A DNA stretch of 64,000 nucleotides from Takakia lepidozioides (GCA_030704615.1 CM060733.1:71982001-72046000); one strand, 5' to 3'. Shown: positions 1-13,599, numbered from the stretch's first letter. Notes: a model not told the origin generated them from the letters alone. Numbers and translations: made by a program.

Positions 1-20
1 AGTGTGCAACACCCCGACAA

Positions 21-3000
21 TTGAACTTGACTCGGGCGACCACGGAGCTGTCCAAAGATTCCATCAGCCGCTTGGTGGAGGTGGTGGTCGCCAAGACTTG
101 CAAGGTAGGCAACTACTCTTGTGAGTTATATCAGGAGATTGGGGCCTTGCATAAAGGGAGTCAGTTAATGTTCATGAGCGGAATAATTTCCGGAACTAAC
201 GTGTCGTTGTTGGTGGACACAGGAGCGTCGCACTCCTTCATGACACTGGCAACGACACGGAAGCTGGGGCTCCCGACAAGTGATGTGGGGGCCTCTATTG
301 AAGTGCGTTCTGCCAAAGTAGAACCACAATTGGCGACGAAGTTGGCGTTCGATGTTCCTCTTCAGCCGGGGAGTTGGGAGGGACGTGAGAACTTCACCAT
401 TTGCGAGATCGATGGAGTGGATCTCATTTTGGGGATGACCTTTTTGAGCGAATCCGGAGCGGTCATAAATGGCCGTAAGAGAGTAGTCACGCTACCGTGT
501 GGGAATGGTTGCGAAGTTTTACAGGGTGTCGAAAATGCCCAACCGAGTGGGAGGGCGAGTAAACCTGCTGACAACAAAGGAGTGGGCCGTGGAGGAGCCA
601 CACGAGCCCCAATTTTTGCTTTACATGAGACAAGTGGAAGGAGAAGTCGATAGGGAGCCGAGCCCAGATTGGATCAAGGGGATCCTGTAGAAATACCAGG
701 ATCTGATGCCAAAGGATTTACCAAGCGGCTTGCCAACGCGAAGAGGAGTTGACCACAAGATAGAGGTGATACCGGGATCGGAACCGCCTGCCAAGGCGCC
801 CTACCGGTTGAGCCACAGAGAGTTGGTCGAGCTGAAGGCCCAGCTCAAGGATCTAATGGCAAAGGGGTACATCCGACCGAGTAAGTCACCTTACGGAGCC
901 CCGGTACTATTCGCGGATAAGAAGGATGGGACGCTGCCGATGTGTGTCGATTATAGGGCTCTGAATAAGGTGACTATCAGAAACCGGTACCCTTTGCCAA
1001 GGATCGACGACCTCTTCAATCAGTTGACATGAGCAAAGTATTTCAGCCGGATTTACATCGGGTTACCACCAGATCCGGATAGCGGAAGGAGATGAGGAAA
1101 AGACAGCATGCAGGACAAGGTATGGCTCATACGAATTTTTGGTGATGCATTTTGGGCTCACCAACGCGCCAACAACCTTTAGTACCCTGATGAACTGCCT
1201 CTTTCAGGAGTGGTTGGATGACTTTGTGATCATGTACATCGATGACATCTTGGTGTACTCGAAAACGAAGGAAAAGCACTTGGAGCACCTCAAAAGGGTG
1301 TTCCAGAAATTGTGGGAATGGAAGCTGTATGCCAAAGCTTCAAAGTGCAAATTCGGGGTCACGAAAGTGGAGTTCCTAGGGCATGTGATTACACAGGATG
1401 GGATCAAAATAGATGACAGAAATGTGAGGGCGATCTTGGACTGGGAACCTCCGACTTCGGTCCCAAGAGTGCAATCCTTTCTAGGACTCACCTCCTATTA
1501 CCGAAAGTATGTGAGAAATTTTGCCAAGATTGCGGGGCCGCTGTCAGACCTTCTGTGTAAGTCCAAGGTATGGGTATGGAACACCTTTTGTGGCCAAGCT
1601 TTTGCCGAGTTGAAGCAGCGGATGGCGAAAGCTCCAGTCTTGAAAATCCCGGAGTTCGACCGTCCATTTGAGATTCATACAAATGCGTCGAACTTTGCAA
1701 TCGGGGGTGTGCTCATGCATGAAGGACGTCCAATGGCTTATGAAAGGAAGAAACTGAATGAAGTGGAGCGACGGTGGCCTACGCACGAAAAAGAAATGAA
1801 GGCGGTGGTGCATTGCCTTGAGCTTTGGCGCCACTATGTTGGTTAATCCAACCCGGTGAAGGTGTTCACGGATAATGTCACGGTGAAGTATTTTGCCACA
1901 CAACCTAAGTTGTCCCCAAAACAACTTAGATGGCAAGACACTTTGGCAGTGTTCGACGTGGATATCCAGTACAAACCGGGACGGGACAATGTGGTGACCG
2001 ATGCTTTAAGTAGAAAGTAGCAGCTCATGTTGGTGTATAGGGGCGAGACGGCGCTCCAAAGGAAGATCCGGAAGGCTTACCGAAAGGATGAAATGGCAAA
2101 GTCCGTGATGCAGGACTTGAGGTTGGGGGTTAAATCACAGTTCCACTTGCACAATGGACTGCTCCGGTACAAGCAAAAGCGTCTCTATGTGCCAAAGGGA
2201 GGGATCAGAGATAGTCTCTTGAGAGAATGCCACGATGGCCCGCTTGCGGGCCACGGCGGAGCCAAGCGCAACCCGGCACTCTTGAAGAAAGAGTATTTCT
2301 GGCCCAAACTGAGGGATGAGGCCGAGGAGTATGTCAACATGCACCACATGCCAACAAAACCGGAGCGAGTATAAAAAGCAAGCAGGGCGGTTACAACCCT
2401 TGCCGATTCCAAAGGGGCCTTGGGAAAATGTCTCGATGGATTTCATGACTACTTTGCCGCTGTCAAAAGGAATTTGATGCAATCATGGTGGTGGTGGATA
2501 GGTTCAGTAAAATGGGCCATTTCATCCCCACCAAGGAGACGGCAACGGCGCAGGAGATGGAGCGACTTTACTTCGCCCACGTCTTCAAGCATCATGGACT
2601 CCCGAAGGATATTGTCTCGGACTGCGATCCAAAGTTTACAAGTAAATTTTGGATGGCACTTTGGAAGAAAATGGGGACGAGGCTCAAGATGAGCACGGCC
2701 TTCCGACCTACAACGGACAGCCAAATGGAAAGAGTGAACTCCATGGTGAAGTAGACCTTGCGGAATTATGTGTCAGCAGACCAGTCGGACTGGGTGGAGC
2801 ACTTCGATGCGGCAGAGTTCTGTTATAATAACACAAAACACTCCGCAACGGGAGTTTCCCCTTTTGTATTGGTCTATGGAAAAGCGCCTTTGGTGCCGAC
2901 AAGTTGGGCCGCCCAAGACAGTGAGGAGCCGGCAGCAGCAGCGGTGATGGAAGAACGCGAGCGTTTGTTGGAGCTCGCAAAGTACAACATTGCCAAAGCT

Positions 3001-3504
3001 AGAAAACGGTATGAACGGCAGGCAAATCGGAAGCGGAGGGAAGTTAAGTTTGAGGCACGCACGGAGGTCAGGTTGAACATCAAGAATTTTTTACTACCTC
3101 CGGAAGTGAGTCCGAAGTTCGTACCTCCGTATTCGGGGCCCTTTCGCATCCAGAAGGTTATGAATGAGGATGTGTATGAATTGGAGCTGCCGGCAAACAG
3201 CAAGGTACATCAAGTATTCCACGTTTCCCTTTTGAAGCCTTATTTCAAAGATGAAGCGCGTCTGAATCGGCATCAAGTATTGCGTCCACCACCTGTGTTG
3301 TTGGCTCATGAAAATGAACCTGAGTACGAGGTGGAGGCAGTGCTTAAGTTGAGGAGGTTCAAGAATCAAGAAACGGAGTATCTCGTGAAATGGAAGGGCT
3401 ATCATCAAGTGGAGGCAACTTGGGTGCGTGCCTCAGAAATGAGAAACATATCCGAGGCTGTTGCAGCTTTCGAAGGGCGACCTCAAAAGCGGAAGAAGCG
3501 TTGA
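21..3504 (+). pseudogene. pol polyprotein (PR-RT-RH-INT-chromodomain), broken by stops and frameshifts
   Basis: ORF pieces 21-653, 706-1032, 1139-1846, 2027-2374, 2485-2754, 2758-3504. C-terminal chromodomain EYEVEAVL...EYLVKWKGY..ATW. Confidence 0.92.
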
Positions 3505-4439
3505 TGGGGACAACAACCTTGGATCGTGGGGTATGAAATGCATGCTTAGTCCAGCTTAGCTAGCTCAGGAATCCGATTGCAAAGACTTGTGTTGTACAAA
3601 TCTTGTTTATAAATGAAATGATTTCCAAATGTTGTGCTTCCTATTTTGTTTGGAATGGTGATGCATGGTATGGTTGGCTAGTGTGTAGAATGCATGCTAG
3701 CTTACAAAAGTGGGAGAGGTAAATTGGATTAATTGTGTGTTTGCATAGTGCCGAAATCGGGTGACTCCCATCCAAGAGGCAAAGAAACTTGCGCCTTCTT
3801 TGGGAGTTCACGTGCTAGTGCGCACCTGGCGCGTGCCCGTACTATAACTGCGCTACCGAGGGGGTTGCCTTGTAGTGCGGGCTAACACAGAAGCTACGTG
3901 CTTCCATTCACGTACTATAATCGTGTAGCCTCGGGATGAAATCGTAGTGCGGCTTCGGCGTGTTCCCGTACCTCAGGCCAACATTCCAAGGCGGACCCAA
4001 TTGTAGTGATTGGGGCGCACGGTTGGTTCAAGGTTATCTTCCTAGTCAAAAAAAGGTTCAAGGTGAACCCTTGCTCAAGGTGAACCCTTGCTCAAGGTGA
4101 TGCCAAAAAACGGCATCATGAGCGGTCGCAAGCAATGTTGTTGCAGTAAGGCGATTCGATCCTCGAGGAGGATCATTCCTTGGCCTTGAAGTGGGCCAAG
4201 AAGAGTGCACTAGGTGGAGCTTGAGAGGCTCCACCCTTCGCCGAGACTTGGAGGAAGTCGGCCAAACTAGCTAGTGGAGAGTAGAGTCAAGTGGGGGTTT
4301 GGTTCTTTGCCATGGGACGCCATGGTACGCCATGGTACGGAAACAAACTCCTTGATGTGGGACGCCACAACTTGGATGTTAGTTTCCACAAAAAGGGACA
4401 AGTCGATGAGGACATCGACTCCTCATTGATAGGGGTGTG

Positions 4440-5165
4440 TGTCGTGGCCCTCTGCCTTGAGGGTGGGGGGTCGGGACACAAGAGGGGCTGCCCCTGTGGT
4501 GGGGGAAGTGGCAGCAAATAGGAAAGGGGACTGAAGCACCCTTGAGTGCCGAAGGCACTCAAGGAAGCTGTGGCGCTCACTAGGTGGAGCCCCGCAAACC
4601 GGGTGGCGGTGGTGGGGGCTCCACGAGGGGTGGTGGTAGCGTGGGGAGTCGTAGTGGGGGTGGCATTGGACTCACCATGAGGCTGAGGCCTTGTGGTGGG
4701 AGTCGTGGGGAGTCTTGGGACTCACCACGGTCCATTGGGGCCGTGGTGGATGGGCCAAGACTCACTGCGGTTCACCACTAAGACGATCGAGGGTCTAAGT
4801 GGTGGTGCACCAGATTTGGAGGGTGTTACTTGTGGAACCCCCGCGGACACCTACAAAAGTATATATAGGGAGTAGTAACCCCGAGAACGGTGCAAGCCTG
4901 TTGGTGACCAAAAACTAGTGAGTAAGCGAGCGAACCGAAAAGTGACCAAGGTGTGGGGAGCTGTTCCGGACTGCCATCTACCAAAGGGAATTTCCACTGA
5001 GCCCGATAGGTCGAGGGTCAGGTGGGAGTGTGAGGGGGACCGTTATGCCCCGGTGAGCAGCCAAAGCTCCGAGTTGGCCCGGCGGCCAATTTGGGAGTTA
5101 GGCGCGCACATCAAAGCGATTAACTATGACTTGAAAGGGAGCTTACCGAAGTGAGGTGCGCGACA
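4440..5165 (+). repeat. 3' LTR (726 bp, TG...CA)
   Basis: TGTCGTGG...GCGCGACA, preceded by GATAGGGGTGTG. Homologous in reverse complement to 5890-6613 and 8409-9131. Confidence 0.9.
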
Positions 5166-5889
5166 CCATGCATGCTTGCATTGTGGCAATGAACTTGATG
5201 CACAAAGCTCCAGCAATCTTCGCAAGATGGTGTATCCCAACTACCGCAAGTTTCTTCCTATGAGCCATCATTGGAGAAGAAGAGACAAACACTTGTTTGA
5301 TGGCAAAGAGGAGTTACATCCCCTACCTGTGACACCATCCGGGCACTTTTGGGAAGACCGATGGAAGGAGGCCCATCTGGAGGGGTCCGGTGAAATGGAG
5401 GTGCCCGACATGAAGTGGCTTTCAATCTTCTACGAGTTGCCATATTGGGCGGTACATTTTCCACAAAAACACCATCAATATTGCTATGCATGCATGTGAT
5501 ATTGCATGTTTTGTATGATTCCTATTGTCACTTTCACGACAAAATAGACGTGTAAGAATTTGTGAGTGGGGATATATGTAGGACCTGAAGATTCGTCATC
5601 TTCTAGATCCTATGCATATTGAGAAGAATGTTTGCTCGTCCCTTTTTCATGTTATTCATGGCACGCCAGCAAAGAAGGGAGTGGTTACGAAAGGAGATTC
5701 TCTCGGTGTTAGAAAGGAGCTTGAGGAGCAGGGTCGCATGCCCCATCTATGGGCCGAAGAAAATGGCGTGGACCCAAAGGGTGTTGTACGGTGGAAGTAT
5801 AGGCGCGCACCTTGGCAATGGACAAAGGAGGAATACAAGAAAGTGATAGCCACCATAGGAGCTGTCCGAACACCAACTGATATGGATCA

Positions 5890-6613
5890 TGTCGCGCACC
5901 TCACTTCGGTAAGCTCCCCTTCAAGTCATAGTTACTCACTTGATGCGTGCGCCTAACTCCCAAACTGGCCGCCGGGCCAACTCGGAGCTTCGGCTGCTCA
6001 CCGGGGCATAACAGTCCCCCTTTACTCCTCCACTAGACCCTCTCCCAATTTGGCCTAGTGGAAATTCCCTTTGGTCGATGGCAGTCCGGAATAGCTCCCC
6101 ACACCTTGGTCGCTTTCCGGCTCGCACGCTTACTCACTAGTTTTTGGACACCAACGGGCTTGCACCGTTCTCAGGGTTACTACTCCCTATATATACTTCT
6201 GTGACTGTCCGCGGGAGTTTCACAAACAACACCACCATTTTATGGCGAACCACCACGAAAACCCTCGATTCCCGGTGATGAGTCGCGGTGAATCTTGGCC
6301 CACCCACCACGGTCCCCTTGGACCGTGATGGGTCCCAAGACTCCCCACGACTCCCACCACAAGGTCTCCGCCCCCATGGTGAGTCCTATGCCACCCCCAC
6401 TAAGTCCCACTAAGCTACCACCACCCCTTGTGGAGCCACCCCCACCGCAACCCGGTGTGCGGGGCTCCACCTAGTGAGTGCCTCCGCCTCCTCGAGTGCC
6501 TTGGGCACTCGAGGTTGCTTCAGCCCCCCGTACCTATTGCTGCCACCGCCCCCACCACAGGGGCAGCCCCTCTGCGACCCGACCCTCTGCCCTCAAGGCA
6601 AAGGGCCGCGACA
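5890..6613 (-). repeat. 3' LTR of the gag-only element
   Basis: TG...CA, near-identical to 8409-9131. Confidence 0.92.
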
Positions 6614-7276
6614 CACACCCCTACCAACAGGAAGTGGATGTCCTCATCGACTTGTCCATTTTGTAGAAACGAACATCCAAGTTGTGGCGTCCCACATCAA
6701 GGAGTTTGTTTCCGCACCATGGCGTCCCATGGCTAAGAACCAAACCCCCACTTGACTCTTCTCTCCACTAGCTAGTTCGGCCGACTTCCTCCAAGTCCCG
6801 GTCAAGGGTGGAGCCTCTCAAGCTCCTCCTAGTGCACTCTTCTTGACCCACTTCAGGGTCAAGGATCGATCCTCCCCGAGGATCGAATCGCCTTACTGCA
6901 ACAACATTTGCTTGCGACCACTCATGATGTCGCTTTTGGCATCACCTTGAGCAAGGGTTCGCCTTGAACCCTTTTTAACTAGGAAGATAACCTTGAACCA
7001 ACCGTGTGCCTCAATCACTACAATTGGGTCCGCTTTGGAATGCTGGCCTCAGGTACGGGAACACGCCGAAGCCGCACTACGACTTCGTCCCGAGGCTACA
7101 CGATTAGTTCCGGAGATTATCCCACTCACAAACATTAACTGACTCCCTTTACGCAAGGCGCCAGTTTCTTGATACAACTCACAAGAGTAGTTGCCTACTT
7201 GCAAGTCTTGGCGACCACCGCCTCCACCAAGCGGCTGATGGAGGCTTCGGATAACTCCGTGGTTGCCCAAGTCATT

Positions 7277-8407
7277 TCAATTGTCGGGGATTCGTACACT
7301 TCTTGGCCATGTGCCCGGACTCCCCGCAATTAAAGCACACTCCATCGAAGTTCGCCTTCTGTCCGCCATAAGCCGCCGCACCTGGTTTTCCTTTCGGGAA
7401 ACCGGGTGTCGTCTTGATGTGTGAGGGCCCTCCCTTCGATTTCCATGTGCCATTGTTGCCGCGTGGCCTATCCCACTTCTTTTCCGGTCGGAAGGAGTCA
7501 CCTTCCCGCCAGACCTTCTTGTGGTTCAGCTCCGTACGGCCTTGTCTTTCGCCCTAGGGACATCCGAGAAACATTCAGCCCTTTCAATTGCCTCGTTCAA
7601 AGTCTTAGGTGGCTTCTCCTCCAACTTCCGTCTGGCCCATGGGGCCAGTCCCGCCACAAAGTTGAAGAATATTTCTGGTTTTGCCATGTCCGTGACTTCA
7701 AGCAACAGCACATTGAAAGCCTGAACATATCCCCGAATGTCATCCGTTTGCTTCAAATTCCTCATCTTGTCTTGGACGAGCGAGGACGCGTTGAGGGGCA
7801 CAAACTGTCTCTTCATGAGTTCTTTGAACCCACTCCAGTTCAAGGTCTCCGGGTTTGGACCTCGGTCGTGAAGGCGTTTCTGCCACCATTGTTGAGCATA
7901 GCCCCTCAAATAGGTGGGAGCCACTTCCACCCGATCCTCGTCATCCAACTTGGCCGCCCGGAAGTACTGCTCTAGCTCCAAGAGCCAGGTGTTGAGTGCC
8001 TTCCGATTTCGGACGCCCTCGAAGGTGCCGGATTCCTTAGGCTTCACCTTAAACTTTGCCTTAGTGGAAGTAACATTAGTCGCCTTCACGTCTTTCAACG
8101 TCCCACCAAACTGCGCCAACAACCCTTCCCAAAAGGCTGTTGGCATGGGAGGCATCTGTTGGTCTGTCAGAGCTCTCAGGGATTCCTTGGGCTCCGACTC
8201 CTCATATTCCTCCCGTCCTTGAGCGGCCTCGCTTCCAAAGGCATGCATCGCTTCCTCAAATGGTCGCTTCGGTGACACGTCACCCCCATCGGGCTCACCA
8301 GGATCATCATCTTTCGGGCCGTTCCGCTTTCGCTTTGGCTTGCCCGACCCCATGATGAGGCCGATCCCAAGGACGATCGCGTACTGAACTCTAGGCTTTG
8401 ATACCAA
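7277..8407 (-). CDS. retrotransposon gag (capsid; degenerate zinc knuckle downstream)
   Basis: ORF 7526-8407: FEGVRNRKALNTWLLELEQYF...YLRGYAQQWW...LKQTDDIRGYVQAF. A knuckle remnant lies near 7290-7340. Confidence 0.8.
8395..8406 (-). promoter_or_regulatory. primer-binding site, tRNA-iMet
   Basis: TGGTATCAAAGC, 2 nt inside the LTR end. Confidence 0.85.
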
Positions 8408-8408
8408 G

Positions 8409-9131
8409 TGTCGCGCACCTCACTTTGGTAAGCTCCCCTTCAAGTCATAGTTACTCGCTTGATGCGCGCGCCTAACTCCCAAACTGGCCGCCGGGCCAAC
8501 TCGGAGCTTCCGCTGCTCACCGGGGCATAACGGTCCCCCTTTACTCCTCCACTAGACCCTCTCCCCATTTGGGCCTAGTGGAAATTCCCTTTGGTCGATG
8601 GCAATCCGGAATAGCTCCCCACACCTTGGTCGCTTTCCGGCTTGCACGCTTACTCACTAGTTTTTGGACACCAACGGGCTTGCACCGTTCTCGGGGTTAC
8701 TACTCCCTATATATACTTCTGTGACTGTCCGCGGGGGTTTCACAAACAATACCACCATTTTATGGCGAACCACCACGAAAACCCTCAATTCTTGGTGATG
8801 AGTCGCGGTGAGTCTTGGCCTACCCACCACGGTCCCCTTGGACCGTGATGAGTCCCAAGACTCCCCACGACTCCCACCACAAGGTCTCCGCCCCCATGGT
8901 GAGTCCTATGCCACCCCCACTAAGTCCCACTAAGCTACCACCACCCCTTGTGGAGCCACCCCCACCGCAACCCGGTGTGCAGGGCTCCACCTAGTGAGTG
9001 CCTCCGCCTCCTCGAGTGCCTTGGGCACTCGAGGTTGCTTCAGCCCCCCGTACCTATTGCTGCCACCGCCCCACCACAGGGTAGCCCCTCTGCGACCCGA
9101 CCCCCTGCCCTCAAGGCAAAGGGCCGCGACA
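8409..9131 (-). repeat. 5' LTR of the gag-only element
   Basis: TG...CA, adjacent to the PBS, followed by the TSD. Confidence 0.92.
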
Positions 9132-9408
9132 GATCATCCCTCCGTATGAAGTTCAACGAAGACGGGTCCCATGGTTTGAAGTCTCATGACTACCACAATC
9201 TATTGCAAGACATCTTGCGCATTGCAGTACGTGGGACATTGACTCCCGAGGTTCGCGATACAGTCTATAGATTGGGAGCCTTGTTCCGGTGGATTTGCTC
9301 CAAAGAGATGGAAGAAGTGGACTTTCCACGCATGAAGAACGAGGCGGCGGCGGTCATGTATATGTTGAAGATGCACCTTCCTCCCTCCTTCTTTGACATC
9401 CAAGTGCA

Positions 9409-11400
9409 CTCACACTATAAGGGGGAAGGTCTTCCATATGGGAAGACATGTACAGATGTATGAGGATGATCGGGCATAAGGATGGGGGGTGTAGTTGTAT
9501 GATTTGAATATGAGATCGGAGAGGGAGAGGTATGGTGAGTTTGGTGGTGGTGCTGGGGGAGTGGTGCGTACGAAGAATACCCAGTACAAGACCGCCCCGG
9601 GGTAGGTTTGTAGGGTGCGGATCTTCGTAAGGTGCATTGTTGGGTTGTCAAGGGGTTGCCGTATAGGATGTAGTAGTTTGGTAATAGTTTATTTATGTAA
9701 GAGCTACTAGTGTTGGTAGTGTGTAGCTTGGTTTCTTGAAGGAGAAAAATGTGTGGCTGTGATGATTCTGTGAAGAGATGGAGGAGGCTTTGTATGCTGG
9801 TGGCTAAGGAACCAACATTTTATGATGTTATAGTGAGAGTGCTGGGGTGCGGGGCGGAGATAGAAGGGGTATCAGTAGTGGTGTGGATAATGTCGTTGTG
9901 GGAGGTTCGTACCCTGGTATCGGGGTATCTGCCCTGAGTGTGGCAGAGACCGGATGTTTTGGAGAGAAATGTGAATTTTTTGGAGGTGAGGTGGAGTTCT
10001 TGGGAGGACGGGGTGACTGTTGCTAGGTGATCCCCTAGAATTTTATGGACAGCTCCAGTTGTGGAATTCAATATGTTGAGGGAGGAGTGGGTCTCAGACA
10101 AGTAGTGAGGAGGGCCCTGGTAGTTATGTGGCTGGGGGGGTAATTGTTGCAGTTTTGATAAGAGGGTGCATATTGGGGTAATCGGATGGGAGTGGAGATA
10201 GTTATTGCAAGTGTCCGAGAGAGGGGAGATGATGACGATGAGAGAAAATAGGATATGCGTTATGGGGAAGGATTCGAGTTTGGAGATGTCTTTGAGAGAG
10301 CTGGGTAGCGGCTGGAAGGAAGGCCAAAGGTTGTGATGTGTTGTGTAGGAGTGCAGTCAATAGGCTGGCTAGGGAAAAAAAAGCATGAAGTGTTCTAAGA
10401 TGTGTCGGTAGTTGTGTACTAGTGTCAGGAGTTTGGTTGAAAATAGAGAGTGTGTCTGTCTTGAGAGTCGATAGAGAGCATAATTTCTTGAATATTAAGA
10501 GGGCCGGGGTTGGGGTGTATGTCTCCGCAACGTAGTAATAATAGATTTCAACAAATACTTGAGTACAGGTTATTTGTGGCAGGGGGGTGGTGGTAGAAAT
10601 GTTTTGATTTTTCTGGTACCGACCATGGGGGCTGTGGGTGAGGGGTTGTTCTTGGTGATATATTATATGGATTATTTTATTGGTATACGAGCTGGTAAAG
10701 GGAGTCGGGTTGGGGGGGTTTGTAGAGGGCGATCCGAATGTGGGTAAGAGTAGCTGGTAGAGATAGAGTGGGTAGGGGGAACATATTGGGGATTGAGTTG
10801 GGAGGGGGGTGTGTGCATATACCGAAGGAGATATGTATGATGTAGGGGGGGAGGGAGTAAGATACCGACTAGTGGTGCTGGTTGTGGGGAGGGTGGATGT
10901 CATAGATTGGGGGGATTGTAAGGTAGGTAGGGGGATAAACTGGGATTTTAGTGATGGTTTGGAATTTATTATTAGGTGCTAGTTGTTGCCAGTAGGGGGA
11001 TGTACGTAATAGGGTGGGGATTTTATGGTGGCCCGGATGAATGTTTTCCATCGGCAGTTTGGACGAAAAAGTCCATGAGGGGATGAGATGATGGGTTTGG
11101 GATTTGTGGGTATGATTATAATGGGGTAAGATTTTATTCGTGGTGACGAAGCTGATATAGGAAGAGAGAGTGGTGTGTAGGGTAGACAATTTAGAATGGT
11201 TGTTTGTGAGACATGGTATGAGAGGGTGTTTGTAGATACCGCGGATGTAAGATGATGTGCAAGGAAGATGTAGATCGTTGTGTGAATGTAATTGAATTGA
11301 ATAGCAGTAGTGGGAAGGAGGACCTTCCCATGGTAACCAGTATACCCGAATTGTTTGTGAAAGAGAATTGAATCTGGTGTGTACACATCCTATTCTATAG
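9409..11400 (-). mobile_element. degenerate LINE fragment (start of AP endonuclease plus upstream coding remnant)
   Basis: Minus strand near 9720-9830 reads ITS*NVGSL...HIFLLQETKLHT (APE N-terminal motifs). It truncates the CACTA ORF. The outer boundary is approximate. Confidence 0.6.
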
Positions 11401-11496
11401 TTCCGAGGACCTTTGGAGTGTAGAATGGATGACCGTTTGTGGAGAGATAACATATGAGATGGAGTGATAGTAAATGATGTGGGTAGCAATAAAGTG

Positions 11497-11616
11497 AGGT
11501 AGCATTTTTCCAAGGTAACATTTTCTCGAGGTAACAATTTCCCGTGGTAACAATTTTCCGAGGTAACATTTTTTCAAGGTAACATTTTTTCCGAGGTAGC
11601 ATTTTCCCAAGGTAGC
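11497..11616. repeat. ~17-bp tandem repeat (AGGTA[A/G]CATTTTYC..), ~7 units
   Basis: Directly visible repeat units. Confidence 0.8.
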
Positions 11617-13599
11617 CAGTAGTTCCAAGTGTCTTGTAAAAAAGAGTGGTAATGTACTGAGTGGCCATCGTTCAAGAAATAGCATAGAAGAGCACTGTGG
11701 GGGTTAGAGCAATAAAGTGAAAAGATATGAATAGAGTGGCGCATTTAAGGAAAGTCATTCTGTGTAGAAAGAGTGAGTAGATCATCACCGTGTGAAAAAA
11801 TCTGAGTTGAGTAATAGAGGTGTGGGAATAAACCTTCCACACAGAACCAGTAGTAATGAATAGTTTGTGAAGGAAAACTTGGAAATGATGGGTAGTAATC
11901 ACTTGAAAGATCCTGTGAGAGAGCTTTGAAAGTTAGTACACGAATCACTTTGCAGGTAGCTCATACTTGCGACTGATACATGGAAGGGTACAACTTCAGA
12001 AAGGTATAAATAACAATGTATGTTAACTAGAGAGTATGTGCCAATTAGGTGGTATATAGCCAAAACATGATAGCACTTGATTAACTGTCACATGTGGGCA
12101 AAGTGAAATTATGCCCCGAGAAACATAGACGAGTATGATTAGGTGGGGCATCATAGTGAGCCGGGGCATGCATGTTTGAGATTACAATCTGTAAGTGTGG
12201 ACAAAAATCAATTGCACACCGTACGGTATGAGGTAGCCATGGTAAACTAGTAAAGAGATCTGGAGTATAGCCTATAAAGGCAGAGTGATGAGTACTTGCG
12301 CTGGAACCGTGCTTCATTTGAGTTAAATTGAGGGGCCTCGAGTCTGAGTTATCAGTTTGGGACGCATTGTGCAATAGCAGGCAGGAGCAGTATGATGGGA
12401 TTCCCAGTCCCTGACTGTAGGGTGTCTTTGGAGTTTAATCAGGTGAGCCTGTAAGATGTGAATACATGCCATGTGAGTGCTAGGGAGGTTAGATCTTGAA
12501 GTCTGCATATCAAAAATAGAAAGCCCATAGCAATAGGAATAAGAGCGTCTAACCAGATCTGTAGCAGGGAGCGACCATAAGAAAGAGGGGGGGATAGGAG
12601 AGGTCCCTGTATGTCATAGGGCGCTGGGAGAGCTGGGGGCCAAGATAGAGTCCCAGTTGCAGCCTAAGAGTGTGTTGCCGACAGTTGGGGGCGGGGTAAC
12701 ACGGCAGCCACCCCCAGTAACAACTCCGTTCAACCAGCAAATGGGCTTGTGAGTTCGTGGAAGCTTGCAGCATTCGCAGCAGCATCTTTAGGGAGTGATG
12801 AAGTAAACATACTTAGACGAATGGCATAGCTGGTGGTTTTGGTGATGTAGAAGCCTGAGACGCCATGGCCTTCTGGCACTGTGAGAAGAGGTAAGCCGGG
12901 GGCAAGAGGGCAGGAGCCAGCAGCACTTGAAAAAAGTAAAGTGGCAGATGAAGCTGATGCCACCAACGATCGGAGTTGGCCGGGCAGTGTAACGCTGGCT
13001 GTTGCTGTAGATCAGCCAAGATTTGACCATAACCAAACAAGAGCCCCGAGGAAAATATGGGCAGATAGACACACAGGCCTGGGTTCCAATCTGAGTGAGG
13101 TTATGTTCATACCTTTCCAAAAAAGTATCAGCAGCATTGGTGTTGGTGTGTCTGCGCTGAAGTTGCTTTTGGGCACGCCCATGAACATCCTGACTCCAGG
13201 AAGACATGCTGAAGCAGTAAGGGGCGGTAGAGCTGAGGTGTTTGGGGGGCCAAATATTGAGGGTGGCGTCATCTCCTTCACTGCGTGTCCAAACAGTTGT
13301 CTCAGCTCCAACAATATGACTTGGCTCAATAAACTTGCCCTTACATTCCTCCTTTTGTGCTACCCATGGGGTCTGGGGTAGTAGAGGGGTTTGTGAGCAT
13401 CACAAAGCTGCAGGCTTTGGTTTATTTGTCTCCATGCATTTGGGCCCATAACAGGTCTGAAGTTTATCTTCTGGCTCAGGAGCAGTATCTCCTTCGAGAT
13501 TTCATCCTCAATATCCTGCTGAGTATCTGATGCCGAGGCCGCTTCCACTTTAGCTACACATGTCACATTTACATGTTCAGAAGCTGGGGTAGATGCAGG

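Larger units (their letters stand above)
1..5165 (+). mobile_element. Ty3/gypsy chromovirus (Galadriel-like), 3' part; 5' end lies outside the window
   Basis: Order is protease (LVDTGASH), RT (YIDDILVYS), RNase H, integrase, chromodomain, then a ~0.9-kb 3' UTR, a purine-rich tract and an LTR at 4440-5165. RNase H wording (FAIGGVLMHEGRP..EKEMKAVVHCLELWRHY) resembles Galadriel. Confidence 0.93.
5890..9131 (-). mobile_element. Non-autonomous gag-only LTR retrotransposon (TR-GAG-like deletion derivative of the 1-5165 family)
   Basis: LTRs 8409-9131 and 5890-6613, GATCA TSD (5885-5889, 9132-9136), tRNA-iMet PBS, gag ORF. pol is deleted at ~7105. Confidence 0.93.
5166..9408 (+). pseudogene. CACTA/En-Spm transposase (TnpD/Tnp2-like) fragment, interrupted by an LTR element
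   Basis: Motifs YRKFLPMSHHWR, IFYELPYW, (intron ~5452-5582) LKIRHLLDPMHIEKNV. After the insertion: HGLKSHDYHNLLQ and PPSFFDIQVH. Confidence 0.88.

Noticed and set aside
11700-13570. Minus-strand ORF fragments
   Set aside because: No motif I can recognise and many stops. Possibly a decayed TE.
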